A model generated the notes under the pieces. The model was not told where the DNA came from and searched no databases. It worked only from the letters and a program-made list of their open reading frames with translations. The translations under genes were made by a program, and so were the position numbers. A DNA stretch of 64,000 nt from the human T2T-CHM13v2.0 reference genome, Homo sapiens: the NCBI RefSeq assembly GCF_009914755.1, contig NC_060926.1; one strand, written 5' to 3'. Shown one piece after another: positions 1-12,305 of the stretch. Each line of letters starts with the position of its first letter. The first letter of the stretch is position 1.

Positions 1-249
1 GCCCATGTCTGCCGCTGCAGGTCTGGCAGCTGCAGCTGCATCCAGGAGGGCAGATCCTGCTTATTCCTGGACCCCCACAAGAGCACAGGGAGGCTCACAT
101 CCACAGCCACAGTTTGGACGGCTGTAGCAACACTGGGGAACTCCTGCCCCAACTCAGAAGGAGCGGGGCCCCACTGGCTCCTTGGAGGGTGCAGCCCCAG
201 CCACGCCTCCCTGCTGCAGCCAGTGTGATGGCAGCAGCCACTGCCATCA
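1..249 (-). mobile_element. MER52-type ERV1 LTR, 5' end (truncated by window edge), inserted into an MLT1B LTR
   Basis: Reverse complement begins TGATGGCAGTGGCTGCTGCCATCACACTGGCTGCAGCAGGGAGGCGTGG...TTCTGAGTTGGGGCAGGAG, matching the recalled MER52 start; MLT1 sequence resumes at 250. Confidence 0.75.
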
Positions 250-601
250 ATAACAGAGGACCGCAGGCTGGGGGCTTAAACAACACATTTATTTGCTCTC
301 AGTTCTGAAGGCTGGAAGTCCTAGATCACAGTGTTGGCAGGGTTGGGTTTCTTTGGAGACCTCTCTTCTTGACTTGTAAATGCCACCTTCTCCCTGTGTC
401 CTCACATGGTCTTTCCTCTGTGCGTGTCTGAGTCCTAATCTCTTCTTAAAAGGACACCAGGCATATTGGATTAGGGCCCACCTTAATGACTTCATTTTAC
501 CTTAATTACCTCTAGAGAGATAAGAGCTACTCATATTCTGAGCTACTGAGGGTTAGGACTTCAACATGTGAATTTGGTGGGATGCAATTCAGGCCATCAC
601 A
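250..601 (-). mobile_element. MLT1B-like MaLR LTR
   Basis: GGCTTAAACAAC...CAGTTCTG.AGGCTGGAAGTCC...CCTAATCTCTTCTT...GGATTAGGGCCCACC...GGTTAGGACTTCAACAT hallmark MLT1 motifs. Confidence 0.85.
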
Positions 602-659
602 GAGCCACACCACCCTTGTGGGCCATCTGCAAGGCAGTACTTACCCAGGTCAGTGGTTA

Positions 660-1074
<415 letters not shown>

Positions 1075-1543
1075 TCAAATGCCTAGCCCTGGATTGCATT
1101 TAGTAAATACACAGGAGCTTCCAGAATCAGAAGAGAGGAAAGTCATGGTGGGTTAATGGGGTAAGCAGCGAGAAGACTTAGGAGTCACCTGGCCTGAACA
1201 TCTACTGAACTGGATAATCAAAGTTGAGAAAGAAGAAGGCAAAGGGGTGAGGGCACAGGAGGCCTGATGGCAGGAGGGGGAGGGATCAGTGCTCCCCGGA
1301 CATGAGGGCACGCTCTGGCTGTGGCAACCAGACCCTGAGGCCTGGTCTCCTTCTGAAGACTGAGAACGGCTTGCCTTGGCCATTCCTCATGTCTCGAATG
1401 TTCTTGGCCCAGATCTCTGTGAGGCTAGCAGCCTGTCTTTTAGATAACAGCACAAAAGTTCCTGTGCTGGGACTCTCATGGCTGCCCTGCATCAACCCTC
1501 TACCCTGCTCTGTGCTGGGAGGCAGACTGTGTTGGGCTGGGCT

Positions 1544-2262
1544 TGCAAATGTCCCCGGGATTTAACATTTTAGGTATGGGGAGACACAGACACAGACACA
1601 ACTGCCTTGAAAGAAGCATTCCTTTGCTTGACCAATAGGAGTGGGCATGACACACCAGGCTGCACAGGGCCACGAGGGAAAGGACCAGGGTCATTCAGGA
1701 GGCAGAGGGAGCCAGAGGGAGGCAGGGACCGGAGCCTTTATTGTGGTTTTCTCGGGAAGGAATGGGCCAGGTGGGGTGGACATGCTGGGCAGGCTTGGGA
1801 TAGGGCAGCTTGAATAATCTGGGGCAGCGGATGGGTCTGAGATATAGGGGTGGTCCCTAGTTGTCTCATCCCTGGTCCATACTCTGAGTAGATCTCCCAA
1901 CTCTTTCCACACTATTGGCTTGCAAGTCTCCCAGTGGACTCTGTACATGTCTGAGTCCTAATCTCTTCTTCTTAACAGGACACCAGGCATATTGGATCAG
2001 GGCCCACCTTAATGATTTAGGGCAGGTGGAATATTGGCTTGGTGTGTGTGAGTTAGATAAAGAAGGGGCTGGGGATAGGGACTCTGAATTGGTTGATTTG
2101 CATTTGAAAGGAATGCTCTGTGAGCAGGCAAGTTGCTTGCCATTTCTAGGAATTCGCTACCCTGAGGAGGGGAGGGGCGGTTCCTCCCTGTGTCTGCAAG
2201 ATCACTGGATGTCAAAGCATTATAAAATACAGAAAATATAAAGTGTGATGAATACGGGCTGC
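1544..2262 (-). mobile_element. ERVL-class LTR (MER74/MER54/MER73-like) interrupted by a templated insertion at 1877-2015
   Basis: CCTTTATTGTGGTTT...GGAAGGAATGGG...GTCCCTAGTTGTCT...TTAGGGCAGGTGG...GATGTCAAAGCAT...ATACAGAAAATA recalled from this LTR group. Confidence 0.65.
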
Positions 2263-2294
2263 AACTGTGGGCTTCTGTCCTTCTGGCTTTTGCA

Positions 2295-2592
2295 GGGGTA
2301 GGGGTATAGGAGGAGGGGTAGGGGTGTAGGAGGAGGGGGAGGGGTGTAGAAGGAAGAGAAGAAGTGTAGGAGGAGGGGGAGGGGTGTAGTAGAAGGGGGA
2401 GGGGTGTAGAAGGAAGGGGAGGGGTGTAGAAGGAAGAGAAGAGGTGTAGGAGGAGGGGGAGGGGTGCAGTAGAAGGGAGAGGGGTGTAGGAGGAAGGGGA
2501 GAGGTGTAGGAGGAGGGGGAGGGGTGTAGGAGGAAGGGGAGAAGTGTAGGAGGAAGGGCAGGGGGTGTAGGAGGAGGGGGAGGGGTGTAGGA
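2295..2592 (+). repeat. 20-bp G-rich minisatellite (GGGGTGTAGGAGGAGGGGGA), about 14-15 copies
   Basis: Directly visible 20-nt periodicity with variant units such as GGGGTGTAGAAGGAAGAGAA. Confidence 0.95.
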
Positions 2593-3200
2593 GCAGTGCT
2601 GTAGGAGATGAGAGGACAAGAGCAAAATTGGGGCAGTCACTCTCCTGTCCCCTCCCTGGCTGGCTGTGTTACTTCACTGAGTCCCTGCTTCTCCAGGGTG
2701 GGCTCTGCAGCTCAACTTTCTCCTTGGTTTCTGCCCCCCCTCATCTCTCCTGGGCTATAGTGCTGCTCCTTATGAGCCCCCCAAACCCTCCCCACACTTG
2801 TTGGGGGAAACTGTTTTCAACCCTTCTTTGAATTATCCTAATTTGAGTGTGCAGTCTGTGTCCTGTTGGGACCCCTACTAATATCTGAATAGTCCCAGAG
2901 GTGGACTCTATGGCCCTCACAATGGATTCTGGAATTGGGTTGCTCATGTATTCGACGACCTCGGGGGTAACCCACTTACTGGGGACATGATTAGAGCAGG
3001 GCACGTGCTGGCATCATGATGATCATATCATCTTCATATTACCATCAGTGGTAGCGTGGGATGAAGTGCAGGTGGAAGGCAAGGCGCTGGGAGATCAAGT
3101 GGCTGTGGCACTTAGTTGCTATGGCAACAATAGTGATGATCAAGATTATGGTGTCGTCCAGCTCCTGCGTACCACCCAGGGAGCTTGCAGAAGCCATAAA
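2593..3200 (+). mobile_element. Old ERVL LTR (LTR33/LTR41-like) 3' part plus adjacent internal fragment
   Basis: AATTATCCTAATTTGAGTGTGC..TCTGT.TCCTG.TGGGACCC.TACTAATA resembles the LTR33-group end; downstream sequence resembles ERVL internal leader. Confidence 0.45.
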
Positions 3201-3710
3201 GGGAATTAATGCCATGAATATTCAATTAAGAGCCTGTGTACAGAGGCCGCTCTCAAGGAATCCTCTCCTGTGGCCTCGGGACAGACATGAGTGAGGTTCT
3301 AGTTCACGTGCTGATGATTATAGGGTTGTAGAGTAGAGCACCGATTCAAAGCCCAACCCAACCAGGTCTCGCAGAGGTAAGGACAATGGGAAGAAGGACT
3401 CGTGGGTATGGTGGGATGGGGACATTTAGGCAGACGTGGAATGAGGCTACATTTCCCTAAACCTTCCTTATCAATATGAGTTAAAAAAAAAAGCAGTAAG
3501 AGCAGCCTTATTATTTTCTAATTTGGGTGTGCCACCTGTTTCATATCTTCCTATTGGGGCCCTGCCTGTCACATGTTTTCACAAACAACTTCCTCGCCAC
3601 CTACTGAAGCCCACTCTCACCATCACCCAGTTACTCTCTGTTACCTTACTCTGTTGTTAGTGAGTTTTTGTTTCTATTATTTATTTTTACCAGTTTAAAA
3701 ACAATGATCA

Positions 3711-4620
<910 letters not shown>

Positions 4621-4739
4621 ACAGGGTCTGCATGGAATCACTTGGGTGCCTCCCCATCCTCCTTTTGGCCTTGCCTCTGATTCCAGGCCTAGCCATGGTG
4701 AGGAGATGAACACTGACCTTGATCAGCGTTGTGCTGATG

Positions 4740-5150
4740 GTAGCTCATCTCAAGAGAGCACCTCCCATCCCTAACTTCTCATATGTATGCCTGCAGAAGC
4801 CGGATTGGAATTCATGGCCGGGCACCTCTGAAGTTGATAAGGGCTGACATCTCATGGACCAACCCTCAGCCACTGGGAGACGGGAGCTGCTGGATAAATG
4901 ATTCTGTCTTCTGTCCCTTGGGCAGATGATGCAGAGATATTTTATTCTCTTTTCATGATGTCCTGGTGATGGGATGGGGAGCTTGATACCACACTATAGT
5001 GTGTGTGGCATTGATGGCATTGGCTTTTCCTCCTTCCCTGTTGACCCTCACTAGCACCTCACTGGCATCCCTGGTTGACTTCCTGAAATAAACTACCTGC
5101 ACACAGTCCTTTTCTAAGGCTGCATTTTAGGAGGGGGAAAGAGGCCACAC
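4740..5150 (+). mobile_element. LTR16-like ERVL LTR
   Basis: ACCCTCAGCCACTGGGAGACGGGAGCTG.TGGATAAAT...TTGGCTTTTCCTCCTTCCCTGT...AAATAAACTACCTGCAC. Confidence 0.65.
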
Positions 5151-5735
5151 CAACACAGATCTCTATTGGTGGGAGATCATGTGGCTGGTTTGAGGAGTTC
5201 AGAGTTTGATATTATTCTGGCATCTCTACACATGCTGGGTCTAAGATGTGCTACAGGGGTGTGGATTAAACATCACACACCCTAAAATGAGAGCTGTTGC
5301 CAGGAACAGGTACATTTCCTAAGAGAGAGTATAAGGAAGACAACAATCGAGAGTGCTAAAAACTGAGTCAAGGGGGAAAGGGTAGTGGGATTAATTCACC
5401 CCAGCATGCATTTTCTATTTGTCTACCACGTACCAGGCTGTGCCCGGAAAAAGACTACAGGGATGTGGTTTTTGACCTCATGGAGCTTACAGTCTATGGG
5501 GGGAGGCTGACAAACCGATGGCAGTCCCCAGAATGACAAATGTAATAACAGAGGCCCATGTATGGCATGACAGAGGATAGGATCCTCAGGATCCCAAAGA
5601 TCAAAGTCTCCTCCTGAAAGAAATCTTCCCTGACTTCTTGCAACCAGCAATGGCCTCCCCTTCCTCTGAAATCCAGTTGCATTCCACATTTAGTCCTATC
5701 TTGGCATTTGTATTAGTCTGCCCTATCTTGGCATT

Positions 5736-6113
5736 TGTATTAGTCTGTTTTCACTCTGCTATAAAGAACTGCCTGGGACTGGGTAATTTATAAAGGAAAG
5801 AGGCTTAATTGACTCACAGCTCAGCATGACTGGGGAGGCCTCGGGAAACTTACAAACACGGCAGACAGCAAAGGGAAGGCCAGCCATCTTCTTCACAAGG
5901 TGGCAGGAAGGAGAAGTACCAAGCGAAGTGGGAAGATTAGCTTATAAACCATCAGATCTCATGAGAACTCACTCACCATCATGAGAACAGCATGGGGGAA
6001 ACTGCCCCCATGAGTCAGTTACCTCTACCTGGTCTCTCCCTTACCATGTGGGGATTATGGGGATTACAATTCAAGATGAGATTTGGGTGGGGGCACAAAG
6101 CCAAACCATATCA
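5736..6113 (-). mobile_element. THE1D/THE1C-like solo LTR
   Basis: TGTATTAGTCTGTTTTCAC...GATGAGATTTGGGTGGGG..CAAAGCCAAACCATATCA; 5-bp TSD GCATT/ACATT. Confidence 0.9.
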
Positions 6114-7079
6114 ACATTTTTCACATATCGCTTTCTGCTGTGTGCTTTCTTTTCTGCAGTGCTCATCTCTTTTAGCCAAATAGATGGCAAGCTCCTTGGT
6201 TCCTGGGTCAGGTCTTACAGGTTTTGTCCTTCACTGGTTCTCCCTATCATCCCACCACCTTGACCTTCATTCTTGCCCCAGCCCAAGTCTCTAGCACATG
6301 AGCACGCAATGGATCTTTGCATGATTTATTGATAAATGGACCAGCAGGGGGAAAGAGAAAAAAAAGCACAGAGATGAGGTGATTAGAGAATGAGGAGGGA
6401 ACCAGGCCAGGAAAGATACACCATAATAGCTGGGGTAGGGGAAGCCTCGGAGAGGGAGAGTGTCAGGTGCCTCCCATGTAAAGAGGATGCATTTGAAGAA
6501 GTGGCCACAGGTCTAGATCCATAAATCCCCATGGCCCTGCTTGAAGTTTCTTTGCTTCCCCTAGCTTATATCTCCCTGACACCTATGATTTACCACCCTG
6601 TATGTGCTGGCGACGCCCACCCGAACACTCTAGTCAGAGCACATTCCTAAACTTCACATCAACACGAACAACCACTTCTAGGGCAACTACATTTGGACAT
6701 TTCACAGGGACTTCAGATTTCACCTCCTCCAGGAAGGCTTCCAAGATTCCCCACTTCCCAATAGAGTCATTCACTCTTTACCCTTATGTTGTACACATCA
6801 TAGTACCTTGTTTGCTGTATGTCTGTCTCCGTACCCAGCTGTGAGCTTCTCAAGGGCAGGAGTGTTTTAGCCACTGTGCTGCTCCCACACACAGCCCAGA
6901 CTCTTTAAAGAATTAGTAAACAAATACAAATGTGAAGTGTTGTAGTGAATGGGAAAAAGAAATAGATTATTAATCTGAGAGATCGACTAAGTTAGCCACT
7001 GTTTTACCTAAAGCATAGAGCTATGCAGATGTAAATGGAAAGTAAAAATGGTCGTTGAACAGGAAGGAATATGAGAGGT

Positions 7080-7246
7080 GGGGAATTTCCACTTGGGAAT
7101 TTCATCCAGCAGTTCAAAGTGATCCCATACGCAGCAGTTGGAGCGGAGGTTTTATCTCCGGACGCTGGCGGGAAATAATGCATTGTCTGGCTTCGTGACA
7201 TGAAATTGCATTTCAGCTCAGCCTCACGTGGCGCCTCCTCCTGCAG
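7080..7246. promoter_or_regulatory. Candidate enhancer: tandem NF-kB sites, E-box and CTCF-like motif
   Basis: GGGGAATTTCC 7080-7090, GGGAATTTCA 7095-7104, CACGTG 7225-7230, reverse-strand GCAGGAGGAGGCGCCA; locally CpG-richer unique sequence. Confidence 0.4.
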
Positions 7247-8574
7247 CCCTTCCACTGCTTCCTCTCCTCCAGGCATGGGAGTCTTGATCACCGCCACAGC
7301 CCTCGGAGGCTATTAGAGAAACTCCTACTCCTCTCACTTTAGCAAGGTTGGTCTCAAGGTCTCAGTGTTCCTGAGCCAGAACTGGACCTGTCATTTCCAT
7401 AGAATGAAATATTTCCCTCCCTTGGAGTGTGCTGGCTTCCAAATCACCGGCGAGCCGATCGCACCCATTTGGCTGTGCTACATCCAATGAAAACAGGCAT
7501 GAGGACCCCACGGATCTCCTTTGGAGAACGTTCCAAGTCCCAGTCCAACTCTTCCCTTTCTGATTCCTGGGTCAGTGGCTCTAGATCTTGGTGATAACCA
7601 GCTTAACTCTCTAATCTACATTGCTCAAAATCCATTATGTGTCTCATCATTCCAGTGAGATAATGCACACATTGAGTGCTGGGGCCCTGCCCACCACTGC
7701 AGGGTGATGAAATCTGTGAATCCAAACAAATATCCCATGGGTGATTATTTTGAAGACTGGCAAAAAAAAAAAAAAAACCCAGAGTGAGCCCACTTTATGG
7801 AATTGCTGACAGGCAGTTACAAAAGTAACAGGCCTGCTGTTCCTTTGCTTTCAGTAATTTGTAATTGGCCTCCCTTACATGGAATCAAACTAGCAGTCAG
7901 GTGTAGCCGATAATAAATAACCATGTGAATTCCATTTTTACCTTTTCAACATTGTGTAGACAGCCTCACTCAAAAATAGTCACCCATGAAATCAAATATA
8001 CCTGCTAGCCATAGCCCATAGGCCTAACCGCGGGGTTGTGTTGGGTGATGTGAGCAGCCTAGGAACAAGCCCGGAAAAGGTCAGCTCCAGGGAGGTCTGG
8101 CAGTCTCCATGGTGACATCTCAAATGACACTGGGGTCAGGGAAGGTCACACTTAAGCACAACAAAGCGGGGCTGCCAAGGTCCCCAGGAGCAGGTCAAAG
8201 GGAGCCCACTGTGCAGGGAAGACCTGCCAGACACGGCCCAAGAGGAACAGCAGCCAAGTCCGCTACAGTCCCCTGACCTTCTTCCACTTCTTTCCATGGG
8301 AATCTGTGTTTGTTTGGGAATTTGTTTCCTCCTAACTCCTCAGCTCTGGCCTGCCTGCTCAAAAGACCCCAGCGCATAAATGCAGACGTGGCGCGCGTCC
8401 ATAATTCTATTTGGAAGTGGCCTGGCCGTTCCACTGGTGGCCTCCCAGGAGCTCTCAGGGCCTCTGTAGCAGCCGCTTCCACACTTGCGTCTGCAATGGG
8501 CTGGGCCACATCGGCATTGAGAAAGGGGCTCATTTTTTCATCAGTGACACCTTGCCGAGTGTATCAGTTAGCAT

Positions 8575-8772
8575 TTATGCCTCAGGAGGCACCTTGCATT
8601 TACAGGTATTATTTTATTTAATATTGGCAACTCCGTGAGCTTGATGTGACCATCCCCATTTTACGGATAGGGAAACTGAATTCACAGAGGTTAAGCAACT
8701 TGTCCAAGGTTACCCAGGCAAATGTGGCAGAGCTGGGCTCAAACTCAGGTGTGTCTTAACCCAAAGCCTCTG
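8575..8772 (-). mobile_element. MIR
   Basis: CCCCATTTTAC.GAT.GGGAAACTGA...AGAGGTTAAGCAACTTGTCCAAGGT.AC.CAG...GGCAGAGCTGGG MIR core. Confidence 0.85.
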
Positions 8773-9105
8773 TTGCCTCCACGGCAAGTGATATTGTTCT
8801 GCATTTCTGGGTCTGATAACCCCATTCTTCCTAAATTCGCAGGCAGCTCTTCTGAGGAACTCACCCAAGTCCCAGGCTTTCTCAGAATTTTGAATGTCTC
8901 TGGTGTGGTGTAGGAAACTGGGGCAAGGGAGTTTACAAGATAACATAGCGGCTTGATGTAATCAACTTAGCCATTAATCTTAAAATCCCAAATCAATGAT
9001 TTGACATGTACAGTTTGCATGATGACTAGATAGCCAGTAGTTATTTTCTTAATGAATTGATGGGATTACCTGATTAGTGGCCACTGAAAATAGTTAAGCC
9101 AGTTG

Positions 9106-9441
9106 CTTTTTGTTTGTGTTTTTTGAGACAAAATCTCACTCTGTCACCCAGGCTGGTGTATAGTGGTGTTATCATGGTTCACTGCAGCCTCGAACCCAGG
9201 CTCAAGCGATCGTCTCACCTCAGCTTCCCAACTAGCTGGGACTACAGGTAGGCACCACCATGCCTGGCTAATTCATTGTTTTGTTTTGTTTTGTGTTTTT
9301 TTTTTTTTTTTTTTTTTTTTTGTAGAGACAGGGTCTCTCTATAATGCCCAAGTTGGCCTCGAACACCTGGGCTTAAGTGATCCGCCTGCCTCAGCCTTCT
9401 TAAAGTGCTGGAATTACAGTCTTGAGCCACTGTGCCTAGCC
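9106..9441 (-). mobile_element. AluJ
   Basis: Diverged antisense Alu with AluJ-type GGGCTCAAGCGATC; TSD AAGCCAGTTG 9096-9105 and 9442-9451. Confidence 0.9.
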
Positions 9442-9873
9442 AAGCCAGTTGTTAAGTTATTAGAAGATGTAATAAAAAGATTTATTTCTATAAGGCATGC
9501 TGTTGAAAGGAAAATGCAACCCAGGTTAACGTGACGACAGTGCCCCTTCCCTTGTGCTGTCTGAAAGGCACTGGGCAGGGCCCTGCATACCTCCCCTGCC
9601 TCATCCTCCTTCTCCCACCCCCACCTCCTGCTCTATTGACCCAAGATGTTTAGGGGTCTCCAAACACCTCCTGGCGCTACAGACCATGCTGCCTCTACTC
9701 CCCTCTTTTGCCTCCTTGGCACGCCCTTCCTCTGGGCTTGCCCAGGAGATACTCACCCTTCAGTGCTCAGCCCAGGCATCTTCTCCAGGCAGCTCCCCTG
9801 ACCCCCGGGCTCTTCTGTGCTCCCACAGTCACCCCTCCCTGCGGGGCACATGGGCATCCCTGCACATACCATG

Positions 9874-10393
9874 AGTATTAGTTCCCTGTCACTGCTGTCA
9901 CAAACCACCACAAGTTTAGAGGCTTAAAACATGCACATTTATTATTTTACAGTTCTGGAGGCTAGAGTCCAAAAAGGGTGTCACTGGGCTAAAATCAAGG
10001 CATCAACTGGGCAGTGTTCCTCCTGGATGGTTCTAGGGGGAATCCATTTCCTTGCTTTTTTCAGCTTTTGGAGGCCGCCGTCATTCCTTGGCTCATGGCC
10101 CCTTCCTCCATCTGCACAGCCAGCAATGGCTGGTCCAGTCCTTTTCACGTGGAATCACTCTGATGCCTGCATCTGTCACCGCGTCTCCTTCTCTGACTCA
10201 CTCCCTTGCCTCCCACTCATAAAGACCCTATGAGTGCATTGGGCCCACCTGATAATCCAGGCTCAGCTCTCCATCTCAGGGTCCTTGACTTGTCACATCT
10301 GCACAGCTGTTTCGTCATCTAAGGTAACATAGTCACAGGTTCTGAGGATTAGGACATGGACGTCTTTGGTGGGTTACGATTTTGTTGACCACA
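9874..10393 (-). mobile_element. MLT1C/D-like MaLR LTR
   Basis: CACTGGGCTAAAATCAAGG...GGGGAATCCATTTCCTTGC...CATTGGGCCCACC.GATAATCCAGG...AAGGTAACATAGTCACAGGTTC. Confidence 0.85.
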
Positions 10394-10620
10394 CCATGTG
10401 CATCCACACTTCTTCATTCTCATGAGTAGCTCTTATTGGAATGTGAGCTCCCTGGGGCAGAGCCCGTGTCCCGCTCACCTTTGCAACCCTCTCACCTGCC
10501 ACTGGATCTCACACACACAGTGGAAGCATCATAGGTTTCAGATAAACTGAGTTCAGCCGTCTCCCCTACTCCCCTAAATTGCATTTCTACTATCCCTGCT
10601 AACATCCTAATGCTTCACTT

Positions 10621-11236
10621 CAAAGAGCAGAGCAGAGCAGAGAGCTTTAGACACTGCCTGGGAAGGGCGTGGCCACGCTCACCTTGCACACATCAATCTT
10701 CAGACGACCGCCTCTCCTACCCTAGGGTGATGCATATTTGAATGGGAACTCCTGGAGACCAGAATCCCTGAGGCTTGGAGGAGTGACAGTTTGAAGGTGG
10801 AATGACAGGTTGCAGGACGGACTTTCTCAGGCACTTCTTCCCCGCACTGTCTGCTTGGGCGGGGCAGGAGCCTGGGTTAAACCACTCTCACCTGAGCAGG
10901 ACCCAGACTGGCAATTTTATTTTCTAATATCTACGCCAATGCCTGGCTGCCTCCTGGTCTGTAAGACAGACAGACCAAGCCATCTGAGGACAGAAAGGCA
11001 GGGTGGGGCTTAGAGGCTGGATCTGGGGCACCTGGACAAACTGCCCTTGCCAGCAGTGTCCCCTCCGCTGGTGTCCGATGTGGGCTCCATCGTGGCTCAG
11101 GCTTCCATGTGCATCTCCAAAGCACACCTTCCTCTCCAGCAGGATCACTTTTACGGCTCCCACGTGGACAGGGTGGGCGTGGCCACGCCCCCTCCCCAGG
11201 CAGTGTCTAGAGCTCTCTGCTCCGCTGTGCTCTTTG
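10621..11236. repeat. Imperfect ~72-bp inverted repeat (arms 10621-10691 and 11164-11236) with ~470-bp spacer
   Basis: Left CAAAGAGCAGAGCAGAGCAGAGAGCTTTAGACACTGCCTGGGAAGGGCGTGGCCACGCTCACC versus reverse complement of right CAAAGAGCACAGCGGAGCAGAGAGCTCTAGACACTGCCTGGGGAGGGGGCGTGGCCACGCCCACC. Confidence 0.9.
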
Positions 11237-11720
11237 GTCTGTCTCTGGGTTGGGGCCAGCCAGTTTGAACCTCAACAAAGGCAGGATTTAAAAAAAAAAA
11301 ACAAAAAAAAAAACAACAAAAAAACATGCTCCATGCTTAGAGAGAATGAGATTTTAGACCTGTAATTGAAAAATGCCTAGGGGAAGAGTACCTAAATGGA
11401 ACCACCAATAACACAGGAAATTGATTCTCTGCAGTTTTACAGACCAGCCGGGACCGCTGATGACAAGCCTCCTCCAAGCCAAACCCAGCAGTGCAGGCAC
11501 TGAGGCCTTCTCCCTCTCTCTCTTTCCTCTCTCTCCCTCCTTCTCCCTCTCTCTCCTTTTTCTCTCTCCTCTAGAGACAGTCTCTTCCTCTTTCTCTCTT
11601 CTCTTTCCCTCCCCTCTCTCCTCTTTCCCCTGTCTCCTCTCTGTCTCCCTCTCTCTCTCCCGCCCCCTCCTCTTTCCTCTCCCGCCCCCTCCTCTTAACT
11701 CTCCCGCCCCCACTCTCTGG
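11161..11720. promoter_or_regulatory. Promoter/enhancer-like region: E-box, palindromic KLF/SP site, CT-rich tract with three GC boxes
   Basis: CACGTG 11161-11166; GGGCGTGGCCACGCCC 11175-11190; polypyrimidine tract ~11506-11718 containing CCCGCCCC three times. Confidence 0.45.
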
Positions 11721-12118
11721 GGCTGGGTTAGCTATCTGTGAGGCTCCCAGAGCTGGAGGCACCGAGCCCACCCTTCTCCTAGACAAAGCAGCACACAGGC
11801 AAACTGGAGTCTGTAATTAGATGTCTTCCAGGGCCCTCCTGCCGGGCTCCTTTCAGCAAAGTTGCGACCCCTCCCGCTGGCCCTCTTCAGATTGCAGACC
11901 ATCTTCTGACCACGCAGGGAGTCTGCAAGGCCTCAAGTTGCAGCTTCTCTGAGCTGCTCAGAGTTGCTCTGAAGGAAAGCAGACGACACCAGCCTCAAAA
12001 CGGTGGCCACTCTGCCGGGCCCAGTTCAACACAAGTGCTGGCCTCTGAAGTCAGAACCGACCCAGCTTGAGTCTGGCTGCAGGGGGCAGTTGCTCAGCCT
12101 CCCTCATCTGTGCTAGAT

Positions 12119-12305
12119 CAGGGGTCGGGGTGTAAATATTTTTGGCCATAAGGTCTCAATGGCCACTACTCAGCTCACCCACAGCAGAGCAAAAGCAGCC
12201 CTAGTCAATACGTAAACAAATGAGCATAGCTGGGTTCCCAAAAAACTTCATTCACAAAATCAAGTGGCAGCAGGATTTGGCCCAGGGTGGCAGTCTGCTG
12301 AGGAT
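12119..12305. mobile_element. MER58A hAT-Charlie DNA transposon
   Basis: GTAAATATTTT...ACTACTCAGCTC...AAAGCAGCC...AATACGTAAACAAATGAGC...GGATTTGGCCC. Confidence 0.8.

Noticed and set aside
2295-2592. Regular repeat array as a possible CRISPR
   Set aside because: Head-to-tail units with no unique spacers, no cas genes, and primate DNA.
2212-2640. 142-aa proline-rich repetitive ORF
   Set aside because: Translation of the C-rich strand of the 20-bp minisatellite.
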